A DNA stretch of 59,081 nt, filler included, from Dugesia japonica (lineage: Eukaryota), in the NCBI GenBank assembly GCA_001938525.1. It is 5 parts of 5 records of this genome, joined end to end, with 100 filler letters (N's around TTAATTAATTAA, not from the genome) between each part and the next. Parts side by side here need not be neighbours in the genome. Positions count along the whole stretch, not along the records: positions 1 to 14,085 come from MQRL01647826.1; 4 more parts are not named here. One strand, written 5' to 3'. Under the pieces are notes generated by a model that saw only the letters and a program-made list of their open reading frames with translations, had not been told where the DNA came from and did no database searches. Made by a program: the position numbers and the translations under genes. Below, one piece after another: positions 1 to 11,914 of this stretch. The first letter of the stretch is position 1; each line of letters begins with the position of its first letter.

Positions 1-67
<67 letters not shown>
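1..67. repeat. (TAT)n microsatellite
   Basis: Perfect TAT run. Similar (TAT/AAT)n runs occur at ~4237-4365, ~21513-21690 and 50893-50956, mostly next to N gaps. Confidence 0.95.
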
Positions 68-1621
68 TTCGATTAATATTATTATTACATTAATTTTATT
101 TTTGAATGCAGATTTTTGCACAAGTTATGATGTTTTTTTGAAAAATAACATTATAAATTTAGTTTTTTACAATTAAATATATATTAGTAATTATTATTTT
201 GAATGTTTTCCTTTCTATTTCCAGCTAATTTGCATTTCATTTTGAATAAACTGTTATTGTATGAAATTTTGTTTACACGAGTAAATAATTTAGAAAAATG
301 TTTTCACACATCTCCAAATTTATATAACAAATCCAAAGAAAAACAATTAATCACTAATTAATAGTACTATAATCAACTTCACGAAACAAGTCGAAATTAA
401 GATTAACATGATAAATATTTCCGAAAAATACAAAATGTGGGCTTTTATTTATATGGGTTTTTATTTGTTTGAGCTTTTATCCATGTGGACTTATTTTTAT
501 GAGCTTTTTTTCACGTGCGCCGTTATATTTATTGTTTTATAACAAATGATAATATAAATAAGGCTTAAAAACAAATATATTCAAGCATATTATTTAATTT
601 ACATCTCATAAGTCCTTTTAATGTACTGTTTAAAATTATTTTCAAATTTCAAAATAATAATGGATAACTTTTATTAGCTGTAATAAAAGTTATTTTTATT
701 TTAAGTATTACAACTAAAATTATTAAATTTGTATTTTAAGATTCAGGATGAATTAGTATCATGTAGAAAATTTAAATGTGCTAACAACTTTTCTTTAAAA
801 AAAATAAGAGAAAATCTGCCAACTAAAATGTTTTTAATTGAGATTTTCCACATATCTTTAACAATGGAACTTCACTAAACTAATAATGAATAATGCTAGA
901 CTGTTAACTGATATACACGAAAAAATAAATACACAATTATCAAGAAAATCAAATTAGTCAAAATATATAGAGAAGCACTTCAATAACAAAAAACAACAAA
1001 CAAAAACGAAGTAGATTGAAAAATAGAAATAAAAAGAAAACCAAGATTGTGAATAAAAAAATCAAATTTTCTTATTTCTTGATTGGATGGACAGCTTCCA
1101 ATGTAAATATAATATTATAAAACAAAAATCTCATTTTAATATTTTGTCAAACCAACTTTGTTTGTCATAGATTCCATAACAGAATCTTTTGTTGTTTCTT
1201 TTAATTCTCGGACAAAATTAACCTTGATGGGAAAGGTTCTTGATGTTGGCCTTCAATTTATAACTTGTAAGATTTCTCCAGATTATTCATTACCATATCA
1301 TATTACATTGAAATAATCATTGATGAAATATTTCCACAATACTGAACTTATTTTTAATTTTTATTCTCATTCATCAAGTGTGTCTATTATCTTCATTCGC
1401 GAATGACAAATTGATGCAAATGATTCTCAGTTGTCAGAACTTCTTATTATGTATATTATCCGCGTTTTCGAATTTCGCAGTAGAATTTAAAAGACTTTGA
1501 TTTAAATACATCATTTATCCCAAATTAAAAAAAGTTTTTGAAATATTTTGCTTATTCAAACATAATAAAAACAAATAAATTTAAGTTGAAAATTAATTAA
1601 CTAATTATCGATGCAATTCAG

Positions 1622-2071
1622 CAAATATCTGAAATTTTACAAGATCAGAAAATCCATCATGCTACATGGGCTTATAGTGAAGACTTGATGTTTTTTACGG
1701 TTGAAATTTTTAAAATATATTTTTTATTAATGATTCATTATAAAGGTTAGTTTTAATGTTTATGGTCATGAAAGAATGGATCAGATTATGGAAGATTTGC
1801 GGTTCAAAGGATTTGGATCACATGATCAATCATCAATCCAGTAATCTTTTAAAATTACTTCAAATTTATTTTATTTTTAGTGTATTAGAATCCACAGCCT
1901 ACTTTTGTGATTCTATGACAAACGCGTGAGTCTAAGAAACTGATGGTGATTTTTGAATATCCATGCTAACGATTCCGTTTTAGAACTTCTACATACGATA
2001 AAAATGAAGATAACCAAAATGCTTTTCAAAAATTCATTAATTCTGTTAAATCAAGGATGACTGTGGTCCAG
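1622..2071 (+). CDS. Four internal exons of a DUF389-family membrane protein gene (partial)
   Basis: Exons 1622-1699, 1746-1840, 1881-1925 and 1984-2071 are joined by GT-AG introns of 46, 40 and 58 bp with consistent phases. They give QISEILQDQKIHHATW...VSFNV...LRFKGFGSHDQSSIHVL...FQKFINSVKSRMTVVQ, resembling the F..S(I/V)KSRLTV.QV segment upstream of the eukaryotic DUF389 domain. Confidence 0.7.
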
Positions 2072-2974
2072 GTAAATGTTTAAATAAAAGTGCATTTAAA
2101 AATTTTCAATTATTTCTTTTATCAGATGTACAAAATGTATCTTAAAAATTATGTTAAAAATCAAGTCGAATAAAATCAATTTAATATCACTTCTTTTTGA
2201 ATTATCAAAAATAAAAATACAGTTTCCATACCTGTATAAAGGTAGTACATCTGATAACATCATATTTAATATTTTTTTATTTANTTTATATTTTTCAACT
2301 TTTTTAATGAAAATATAATAAATAAATAAATGTAACACTGAATTAATGTTATTTTATGAACTGCAATTTGAAAGATTTGTAGAAATAAAAATATGTGTTC
2401 ACTATTTTAGCTGGGATATTAAAGCACTGTCAATCAAAAGACATACGAAACTGACCATTAATGGATTATCTAAATTACTTATTTTTAATTATTGCTTTAA
2501 AAATTCGCCTATCTTAAAAAAATCGTAATATTTAAACAACTAAAATTTTCTTTTATTTCATAATTTCCTCACAGTGAGAATTTTCTTTCAAATTTAGAAA
2601 GTTTAAATATCTCAGTGGTTTAAAGGTGGGAAAATGCTGCCTATGAAGTATAAAAACAACAATGCATGATAACATGTTCGATTTTGAAAGAATAGGTTTG
2701 TTAATGGAATAAGAAATTGTCATCACAGGAACGTAAATTGCATTATTAGTAGGTTAGAAGGACGCTAGCATACTCCCGTCCACCGACACTGTTTTTGTAT
2801 TTTTTAAAATTTTTATTTTATATTTTTAGTAGATGTAAAATTTTTACATTTTTGGTGTTAACTTTTTTTATTGTTAAATGCAGAATACTATGACGCATAA
2901 TAATAACGCGACTCAAAATCCGCTGAATTTATCTCCGACATACCTGATGTATATTCATTATTTAAATAAATTCA

Positions 2975-3850
2975 CAGTAGTTGTATGGCTCCAAATTTGA
3001 TTTTCTTTCTAATAATATGCCAAGGAAAGAAAGTTTAGATTTACATTACATTTCTGTAGTGAATGTAATGTTGCTATGCAACGAATTCATGCAGTTTAGA
3101 AATGGATCAATATCTACTTGGTTATCAAAAACCAGAAATATATCATGTAAATAGCGTTTATACACTAGTGGTTTATTTTCAATAAACAAATCAATCTTTT
3201 CCTCAATATTTGAAAGAAACAAATAAGCTTAAGTAGGAGCAAGAGGTTAATCCATAACAACTTTATCAACATGTTTGTACCAATCATCATTAAACAAAAA
3301 TGTACATGAGAATTAGCAGAATTATCAGAAGTAACCTAAATTCAGTCACACGTAACAAATCATTTTTTTGTCAAGTCAATTTTTTCTCGCATGATTCACA
3401 ACAAAGATTAATAGTTACCTCTAATGGAACATTTGTACATAAATTAACAACATCAAAAGATACCATACATTCAGTATTACTAATAACTTCAAAGTTAGAA
3501 ATAAAATTACAAAAATCATAGCTATCCTTGCATTCATATTTGTAGTCAATCAACAATTCAATTTTCATGTCTATAAACTTAGCAAGATTATACTGAGCTG
3601 TGTGAACCATAGATAGCACAGGTCTCATAGGAACATTACTCTTATGAACTTTAGGAATGACATACAACTTAGCTGGTTGTGAACTAAATACCCCAAGAAT
3701 CTTTTACAATTCAAAATCAAGAAGTATATTACTAATTAATTTTTTTAATAAACCATTCAAACTTTCTTCGTCTTTAATAGGTAGAAATTTACCATTTTTA
3801 CGAAATTTATTAATTTTTAAAAATTGCGGTCCTTTCAAAACATCTTCTTT
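2975..3850 (-). mobile_element. Penelope-like element reverse transcriptase remnant (3' part, interrupted by the Polinton)
   Basis: MYVIPKVHK..VPMRPVLS, MVSFDVVNLCTNVP, degenerate GVAMGSPLAP (KVVMD*PLAP), degenerate RYVDD (KRYLHDIF) and LNSLHSNITFT; stops and frameshifts. Confidence 0.85.
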
Positions 3851-4230
3851 ACTAGGTGGTTACGTGAGGACACGACCAGGAAGTGACGCAATCCCCGTTC
3901 ATGCCTTATTGTGTAAACAATAATATGTGTGAATTTTCTCACCTTTGACTTCAATTTTTACACCTTTAAATTAACAATTTATTGTTTTTTAGCAAACATT
4001 GAATTTTTTTATTGTTTTTAATGTAAATACTGAACTTTCACAATTTAAATTTTTTTGTGTGAACTTTCAAACCTTAGATCTAGATCCCCCCCCCTATTTT
4101 GATAAGAGGTAAAACTAGCGATGAGCTTCAATAATTACATATATTTTTACTTGTGAATCTTCATATTTTACGCATGAAGTTTCACACTTCGAGCATGACC
4201 TTATTGATGAATATTAATATTTTATTATTA
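3851..4230 (+). repeat. Left terminal inverted repeat of the Polinton
   Basis: ACTAGGTGGTTACGTGAGGACACGACCAGGAAGTGACGCAATC...TTGTGTAAACAATAATATGTGTGAATT...CCTTAGATCTAGAT...AGAGGTAAAACTAG...CTTCGAGCATGA aligns with the reverse complement of ~12760-13149. Inner boundary is approximate. Confidence 0.92.
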
Positions 4231-4236
4231 TTAATC

Positions 4237-4293
<57 letters not shown>

Positions 4294-4704
4294 NNNNNNN
4301 NNNNNNNNNNNNNNNNNNNNNNNNNNNNNNNNNNNNNNNNNNNTTATTATTATTATTATTATTATGATTATGATTATTTCATTAATTTACTATTATTATT
4401 TTTATTACAATTTCTTTAATATTACTGTTATAAATTATCATTACTTTTATTATAAATATTTTTTTAAAAAGGTTTTTTTACATAATAATTAACAAAATTC
4501 ATTTCCAATACATATCAAATATCAAAATGCAAAGACAAATATTGAAATTCTTTTATTCACAATCAAATCATATAATACTGGTTTATTATCAAAGAATTTA
4601 TCTCTCTCTGATTTCTTTCTTTATCTCTCTTTATTCATATGTAATTGAATTTCGACTGTAAGAATAATAAAACATAACGATTATATTTAGATTTTTATTA
4701 TTTT

Positions 4705-7700
4705 TTTTATTTATTTTATAATGGCCTTAGGCCATAGTAGTATTTCTTTCCACCTAAAAACGCTTATCATCTAAGCACGACAGTGCACATTTCTTGCTTT
4801 CGATCGTATACATATGGTGATTTATTGATCGAAAGCTAGTTTGCTTAACTTTAATTATTTCACCAACTTGTTTTTTTCATTTTCTTCTTCTTCACATATT
4901 CGATTGTATACATTTAAATAATTTACTTGTTTGATATTGGTTTGCTTTAAACTAATACCTTTGGCTTTCATCGTTATGGTTGAATATTCCATCTTCCTCA
5001 AACTGTAACGCTTTGGTCGCAAAAAAACCCATTCATCATAATCTTCTCCTTGACCTTCATCTTTGAACAACCCTATTTGTTGGCTATTTCGTTAGTATAG
5101 AGTGGATGATCTTTAGGATAATTACTGGTATCCAGCAGACCATCCGATTTCACTTCTCTCAACAATCTATTTTTGTCCACTCCAGTACATGTCAAGAAAA
5201 AGCTGTCTGTGTCACCTGCAATGATATGGACTTTGCAGTCAAATTGATGTCTATATTTTTCATACTGTAACTTGTACATGCGTAACTTGCTAAGATCCAG
5301 CACGACCTGACCAATGTAACTTAGCCTATCCAGACAAATACAATTTTTCTCCAGCAAGACACCTTTTAATCCCTCTGCAATATCCACAGTATTTTCGAAT
5401 GTTACTTTGCTCGTATATGTAACAAATTTCTTTTCATTATTGGAGAGTCGGAGATTCATTCGCTTCTTTAAATTCTCCACCGTCTTGCCGTACAGAGCAT
5501 TATTTAGCAACTTATAGAAATCTTTCTCAAATTTTATCTTGGAAGCCGCTCTTCTCATTGAATTTGCGTTTATTAATTTGCAAAATTCTCCGCCTGTTTA
5601 AATCTGATTATCCTATGTACTGCTGTCACACGAGCTCCAAGCTTTATCTATAGCTCCAACAATCGCCAATAAATAATATAATGTCCTTTCAGCTTATGTG
5701 TTAGCAGTAACGTCTTCACCTTTGATCCCCGTAAAGGTAATTGATCTAACCTATCATGATGTTTGATAGGTATCTCCAGATCAATGTCCAACAGGTACCC
5801 AACTTCATTATTGTTGTTGCTACTACATAATATTTTCTGATTCTCCTCTTCCATCTGATCTTCTAATATAAATCCGAAATCTCTATATAGTAAAGGCTGT
5901 GTTAATGCCCATCCATATAGATTATTAATATCAATGTAAAGCAGTGAGGTATTCTCATCTGCCTGCACGTAATGTCTATTTATGAATGTCATGCCACCTC
6001 GAATTCCTGTATCAAATAACCAATAAATTTCCGGATCTTGTAATAATTCAATCGGTCTATCGAATGTTTTGAGTGCACTTGACCAACTTAATCCAGGTAG
6101 CGATACGAATCGAAGTGGCTCCGACCCATCTTCCCCAAGTGCCTTTTCCCTGAATGTTTGGAATACATCAGTCAGTAGATAAATATCCAGTCCCATATAA
6201 TATAGCATGTATTCCAAAAGATTCTCGCTCTTAGATTTCGCCCATGCTGACATTGCCATTTGATATTCTTCACTGGTTATTTCTTGCCATTTTTCCGGTA
6301 GGGACTTTTGATAAACAAGCATCTCATAAGATGTCGCAAACTCGTACGGAAATATTCCTTTACTCTGGTGTCCTTACTGAGGAAATTCACTTGTTGTAAT
6401 TGTCCAGCTTTCGAGAGTTGCAGTCAAAGATGATAGTGGACTGCTCAGGAACTTGAAAGAATCAATAAACCAATTTGACCCCATTACCTACACATGCAAA
6501 AATTGCAATGAATTTTTCGGTAGTTTGTGCAATTGGTCTGGAATCGTTTTAGGGCATATTTGATTATATGATGTGAATCATAACCTTTTAAGTTAGGAAA
6601 CACAATAGCAACTCCATTCTGATCTTCCTAGATAAGTTGCACTGATTCCATGCAGCTCCAAGATATTTTCCCGAGAAATGATCATGATCTCGAACCAGCT
6701 TCTTGTTTTTAATTCCACACAAGTAGCAATGTGTGCTTTTCATAAATGAATCTTGTTCAATCGTTGTTATTTTTCATGCCTACATACATATTTTTCTTGA
6801 AACAAGGAGCCACCACATTCTTTGATAATTGACCAATACATTGAAGAAACTCGAACATAAAATTTTCTCAAGAAAATGAATGATATTCACAATTAATTTA
6901 ATAAAAGCCTCACAGCTATTGATGGTATCAAAAGACCTTCTATATCTGCATATATTACAAATCCCGATGTTATAGTTTTTCCAAAATCCTTGAATATCAA
7001 CTCTTTCTCGTCAGGCATTGTGTACAAGGTTGTTTTTCCGTTATCTGGCTGCATAGTGCTACATGTCGATCAAATGTAGCCTGTGAATAAAATCCGTGCA
7101 GACACTTTTGACACCATTTTCTTGTATTCGACATTTTATTGATTTTACGTCTAAATTTAATAATCTATCCAAATTTACCGTCCAACTGGGTTTTTGTTCG
7201 GAAAATCACACCAACGTGTGGATTTTGTACACAATTTCATTATCTTTTTCTCCATCAAGTACTTCTTTATATTTGAAAACAGTTATTGATAATTCGTTTT
7301 TCCACTCAAATTCTGGGCTATTGATGAGCTTTATTGGCATTGGCTCATCATACACCAATTCATGTAAAAACCTATCGTAATTTTGTGGACGATTACGATG
7401 ATCGTTGATTATATTGTATTTAAGTACCGCCAAGATACTATAAATAAAATATTTATTATCATTGTTACGGACATTCACTATTGATTTGCTTCCCTGTAAC
7501 GAATCAGAACTTTGAATGAATGAGCGACCAGAAAAGTAAATTACAGGAGCAAACTTCACCAAAATAAATCTGAGTTCCAATATTCTTCTAATTTTGCATC
7601 CACTACTTAGCTCAGAATACGTTTCAATTTCTTTATTTGCTTTAGCCGTTATCTTTTCCATAAAATCATTCAAATATTCCATTGCTTTGTAGGATCATGG

Positions 7701-7975
7701 CAATTCCTTAATTTCCTCTCCATAATTCTTCTCAAATTCCGCATGGACTCTAAATTGGAATATACAATGTTTGAATTTCCCAACATCCTCTTCCACTTTA
7801 TCCTTAACATTTGCATGAATGTAGGCGCTTTCATCTTCAAATGATCCACCTTGAACTGGAGACTGATTTTCTGTTTTTCTGTTTTTCTAGCACAGTCATT
7901 AGTAATTGTTGTCATTCTTCTTCTTTTCTGGTTTCCATACAACTCTTCATTTTCATTAATTATTTTTCGTTTCAT
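4705..7975 (-). pseudogene. Protein-primed family B DNA polymerase (pPolB) with N-terminal extension and endonuclease VII-like zinc motif
   Basis: Motifs in correct order across frameshifts: NDNKYFIYSILA / FE..NELSITVF (N-terminal), IYADIE (Exo I), CYLC..VRDHDHFSGKYLGAAWNQCN (EndoVII-like), NLKGYD (Exo II), FIDSFKFL, KGIFPYE, GIRGG, YIDINNLYGWA, KLLNNALYGKT, GDTDS, KAKG, LSCLDDKR, GHY. The 5' end is uncertain. Confidence 0.93.
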
Positions 7976-8615
7976 ATTAATTTTAGCAAATTGCGGTTTA
8001 TTACCCTAATTTTGTTTATAACAAATTGCTGTTGATGATAACGATAAATTAATCAAACTAAATATTAAATTTTCTTTTAATGAGAGTTGTTGCTCATCAT
8101 TATCATCAGATGCTAATGATGATGTTTCAATCATCCCGTCTATACTAAAATCTATTTGTTTTTGTACTATTTATACCTAAAATCCTATCCATTGAATAAG
8201 ACAGATTAGCCTGATTAATAAATGATCTATTAAACATGACGGAATACTGTCGATAATTATTTAAATAATCCTTATGTTTTTTTAAATCCTGATATTGATT
8301 TTTGTAAGTTTGAAGAAAATAAAATAAAGAACTTTTTAAAAACAAATTATTATGATGTAATTAAATATATTAATAATAATAATTTTAATCAATTTTAAAG
8401 TGATCAATGTATACTTTAACAAGTACTAGTCATTAAATGCGTAAGTACACATAACTTATTATTTATTTACGTTTAAAGTATTACAGTATATTATAGTATT
8501 ATTTATAAATTGGTTATTATTGAATTGTTATAATTATATTACATTTCATAGATCATTGTGAAAATGTAAAATAATAAAGGAAATTTTTACATTTAAACAT
8601 TATATTCTTTAATAA

Positions 8616-9077
8616 TTAATTTGATTCATTTAAACAATGTTGTATATATTTTACAATTTCTTTTATAATTCCATGATAATCCAATGACTTTAGTCCGAGA
8701 ATCACCATTTTTCCATTGGCAAAAACATTAACACATAATGACTTATACTTGTTGATTCATAATGCTAGAAATAATTCCGGTTCAAATCAACAATCTAATA
8801 CACTGCTCAGTTTATTTAAATTCACCCCTTGTCCAAGATCACATGTTACAGTAATTGATTGAATGCCATCTATTTGAATTTTGAGATTTTTGCAAGTAAT
8901 TTGTTTATCCATGATTGGTTTCTTGCATCCCATGATTCGACATTTTCCCGATTCAAAAACAATTACTGAATAATCTTTTATTTTTTCTATGTATTGTATG
9001 GGTTTCTTCCAGGTATTAAATTGAAGATCTGAAAGTGAATCAATTTGCTGAGCTCTGTATTTAATATTTGATAACAT
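8616..9077 (-). pseudogene. TATA-binding-protein (TBP)-like gene inside the Polinton (153 sense-codon positions, two in-frame TGA)
   Basis: A single frame holds both TBP repeats: VIVFESGKCRIMGCK, IQSITVTCDLGQGVNLNKL, FEPELFLAL, VNVFANGKMVILGLK (compare TBP ALIFSSGKMVCTGAK, IQNMVGSCDV, YEPELFPGL, LIFVSGKVVLTGAK). No introns. Confidence 0.85.
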
Positions 9078-9157
9078 TGTTTAATGACGAATGAGCAATA
9101 ATCACGAGCTTATATACTTTTTTGTACAAACAAAATCATTTCTATGGTTGTTGTAAA

Positions 9158-9818
9158 ATGTTACTACAAAACAACGTGGTTTTTCAAATAGTCGGTCCCA
9201 GTGAAAGTGGCAAAACATTTGTTTGCAAATTACTACAAAGCAAATTGTTTCGAACAAAGTTCAAACATATTTATTGGCACCAAGGTGGTGGAGGTAAAGC
9301 TAGCTTGACTAATGATTAATTTTGCAAGTTGAGCAAGATTAAAATAATTGATGGATTCGATGATGAGAGGTTAAAGAGATTAAATACTGGTGATGTTATT
9401 GTAATNGATGACTTGTTTCAAGAGGCAAATAAGCAGGCTGATTTTAATAATCTCTTTACAAAAACTGCTCATCATGGTAATGTAACTGTCATCTTCATCA
9501 CCCAAAATCTTTTCCATCAAGGCGGCTTCGTACACGCAATCTAATTGTTCATTATTTGGTTTTTTTCAAAAATCCACGAGATCCAACTGAGGTTGACTAT
9601 ATTTCTCGTCAAGCATTTCCACAACGTAAAGGATTTTTATCTGATGCATTTCGCTATGTAGAATAGTTCTACAAAGGCACATGGATATTTATTTATTGAT
9701 TTTACCTAACAATGGATATTTATTTATTGATTTTACCTAACAATGCCCTGATGATGAACGAGTAAAAACCGATATTTTCAATTCTGAAGGAATAACAGTT
9801 TACAAACCACTGGTATAA
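9158..9818 (+). pseudogene. Polinton DNA-packaging ATPase (A32/FtsK-like)
   Basis: Walker A IVGPSESGKT, Walker B VIVxDDL, LFTKTAHHGNVTVIFITQNLF, YLVFFKNPRD, HGYLFIDF. Contains stops, frameshifts and a ~30-bp internal duplication at ~9682-9742. Confidence 0.9.
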
Positions 9819-9848
9819 ACAAAATTAGTACTTAATCAAAAAGAAGAA

Positions 9849-10340
9849 ATGAATCGATTTAAAAAAGTTGTCATCAAACAGAAGTGTGGTGGTGGTGGTG
9901 GTGGTGGTGGTAGTAATTTAAGACGATTTTCCCGAAGTATTCCATACTTTAGGGAAATTTTAAGGGCTCTATCAAATTCTCGATGGCAAATTATGCACTC
10001 AATGCCGGCATTTGTAATGAGTGATTTCATTAGTGTTTTGCAACAAATTGTTTTGGGCCAAGTCGATGTTGGTCACAAAAGTGGAAAATATTGATTGAAA
10101 CAGTATCAAGAAGTTCTTGTAGATATGGCGAAAGCCATGAATTTAGCAGCAGAGAAACGAATACTTGAAAGACATTTTCCCATACAAAATGAAAACAAGA
10201 AAAAGAGTAAAAAACAAGTTTATTATGGACAAAATGGAAATTGATTTGTTTGGGCTTCACTTTTACCGATTCTAAGTTTGTTGGGAAAAGCTGCTGCAAC
10301 CGGTGCAGATCAAGGCCAATATAATCAATATCTAATTGAA
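9849..10340 (+). pseudogene. Small basic Polinton protein with C-terminal amphipathic segment (putative virion core or membrane-active protein)
   Basis: Lies between ATPase and minor capsid. Ends in QNG..FVWASLLPILSLLGKAAATGA, similar to the QxGxF..LLP.L..LL segments of small Polinton proteins. Reading frame is broken. Confidence 0.5.
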
Positions 10341-10390
10341 TGGCATGGCTATTTAAAGCCTACTTGAATTCAAGCATCTCAAATCTAATA

Positions 10391-11675
10391 ATGAGTTTCT
10401 ATATTGTATTGCCAAGCAATAGTTGTCCAAGAACTCAACCTGATAATAATTCGAGCAAGTATTTGGTTGACTATGAGAATGTTATCAATTTAAAAGATGA
10501 CCATTGGGAAGTTGCCATGACAGAATTTGTTTTCAAATATTGTCCACCGACTATACGGAAAGGTTCAAAAATTGAATATAAAATAAGAGAGGTGATGGAA
10601 ATTGAAGATAAATGTCAATTAAGTATTGTAGGTGGTAGTCTTCAACTTAATAATACCGTCCCTATCAATAAATATAATTGGTATATATTTTCCGATGAAA
10701 AGAAAGTAGTATTAAAACAGATTATCAAGTAAAAATGGAGTTTAAATCGTTATCAGATTCTAAAACATTTACATTCAATTTAATCAATAAATAAGAAGCC
10801 ATTAGTTTCAGTTATTGAATCTGATAAGTAGTTGCTTCTGGAAAATATTCCATCAATAACTTTAAAATTAAAGTTTAACACTATTGAGGAAGAAAAGGCA
10901 AAATAAAAGAAATGGAAGAACATGTAAATGTTGAGACTAAAAATGGAAAACCTGTGGTGTAAGGATTGAAAAATAAAACTTATTGCAAAATCAGTATTAT
11001 TGGTGAAAAGAAAATAACTATCAAATCTGATTGCAATATGGAATTGGAGTTTAATTCATTGTTTGATGCTCGGTTACTAGAGTTTAATTCGCAAAAGACG
11101 AATAACAAACCGATGGATTCATTTATCGAATCAGATACTCAAATGTTGGATAATATTGCCAAAACTGATGTTAAATTAAAATTTACTGAAACCAAAACAG
11201 AAATAAATTATTTTGAATTTGAAATTGATTTAATGGTTACTGATCTGGATAATCTGGTTACATCATTTTTAAAATATATGCCATAAAATATTTAAAGAAT
11301 TTGTTAAAGATTCAAAATTTGGACTGGTCATGTTTAAATTAATTGATAATGTTGAATTTGTATCATTTGATGAGAGTCTTTCGCTAATACTCGGTCTTCT
11401 GCGAAATTCGACAAGTCTACAAAACAAGTAAAGGGTTTGTATAAACCTTTATTACATGGTGTTATTAGATAACTTTATATTTACTCATCAATAGTCGATC
11501 CAATTCTGGTTGGTGATGTACGCGTGCCACTTTTGAGGAGTATATGGGTTGATAATAATAAGCATTCATTTGGTAATGTTGTATAGACTTGAAAATCCAA
11601 TGTATTTACTTGTATCATCATCTTCCATCGTTAAAATTGATGTAAACATAAGTGATGATGCGGGAAGATTGATTG
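10391..11675 (+). pseudogene. Polinton minor capsid protein (penton, single jelly-roll) with a large insertion
   Basis: N-terminal MSFYIVLPSNS..DNNSS.Y.V..WEVAMTEF and C-terminal YIYSSIVDPILVGDVRVPLLRSI...NPMY..V...I.KIDVNISDDAG are characteristic penton motifs. Confidence 0.85.
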
Positions 11676-11752
11676 GACAATATCAGGACAATATCTCCCT
11701 GAACAATATCCCCCAGAACAATATCCCCCTAGGACGATTTCCCCCGGACAAA
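11676..11752 (+). repeat. Tandem ~15-bp GGACAATATCCCCC-like repeats, resembling Mutator-type subterminal repeats
   Basis: ggacaatatca / ggacaatatctccct / gaacaatatccccca / gaacaatatcccccta / ggacgatttccccc / ggacaa. Confidence 0.6.
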
Positions 11753-11914
11753 ACAAATAATGTTGGTAAAAAAATTGGAGCATATGCAACAACGTGTCGA
11801 TTTCAATCAAATCATGTATCAGAATCCATTGACATTTCTATGTGGACAAAATTGTATTGAATGGCTCAAAAGCCAGTATAAACAATGTTAATGTGATTAT
11901 CAATAAATATTTAA

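Noticed and set aside
4153-4419. Poly-Leu/Tyr ORF, and similar poly-Asn/Tyr ORFs at 50716-51204
   Set aside because: Translations of (TAT)n microsatellites and N runs.
8616-9077. TBP-like gene as the host TBP/TRF locus
   Set aside because: Intronless, inside the TIRs, highly divergent and decayed like its Polinton neighbours.
9885-9912. Poly-Gly/poly-Pro ORFs from (GGT)n
   Set aside because: Short trinucleotide expansion; the minus-strand poly-Pro ORF is a shadow.
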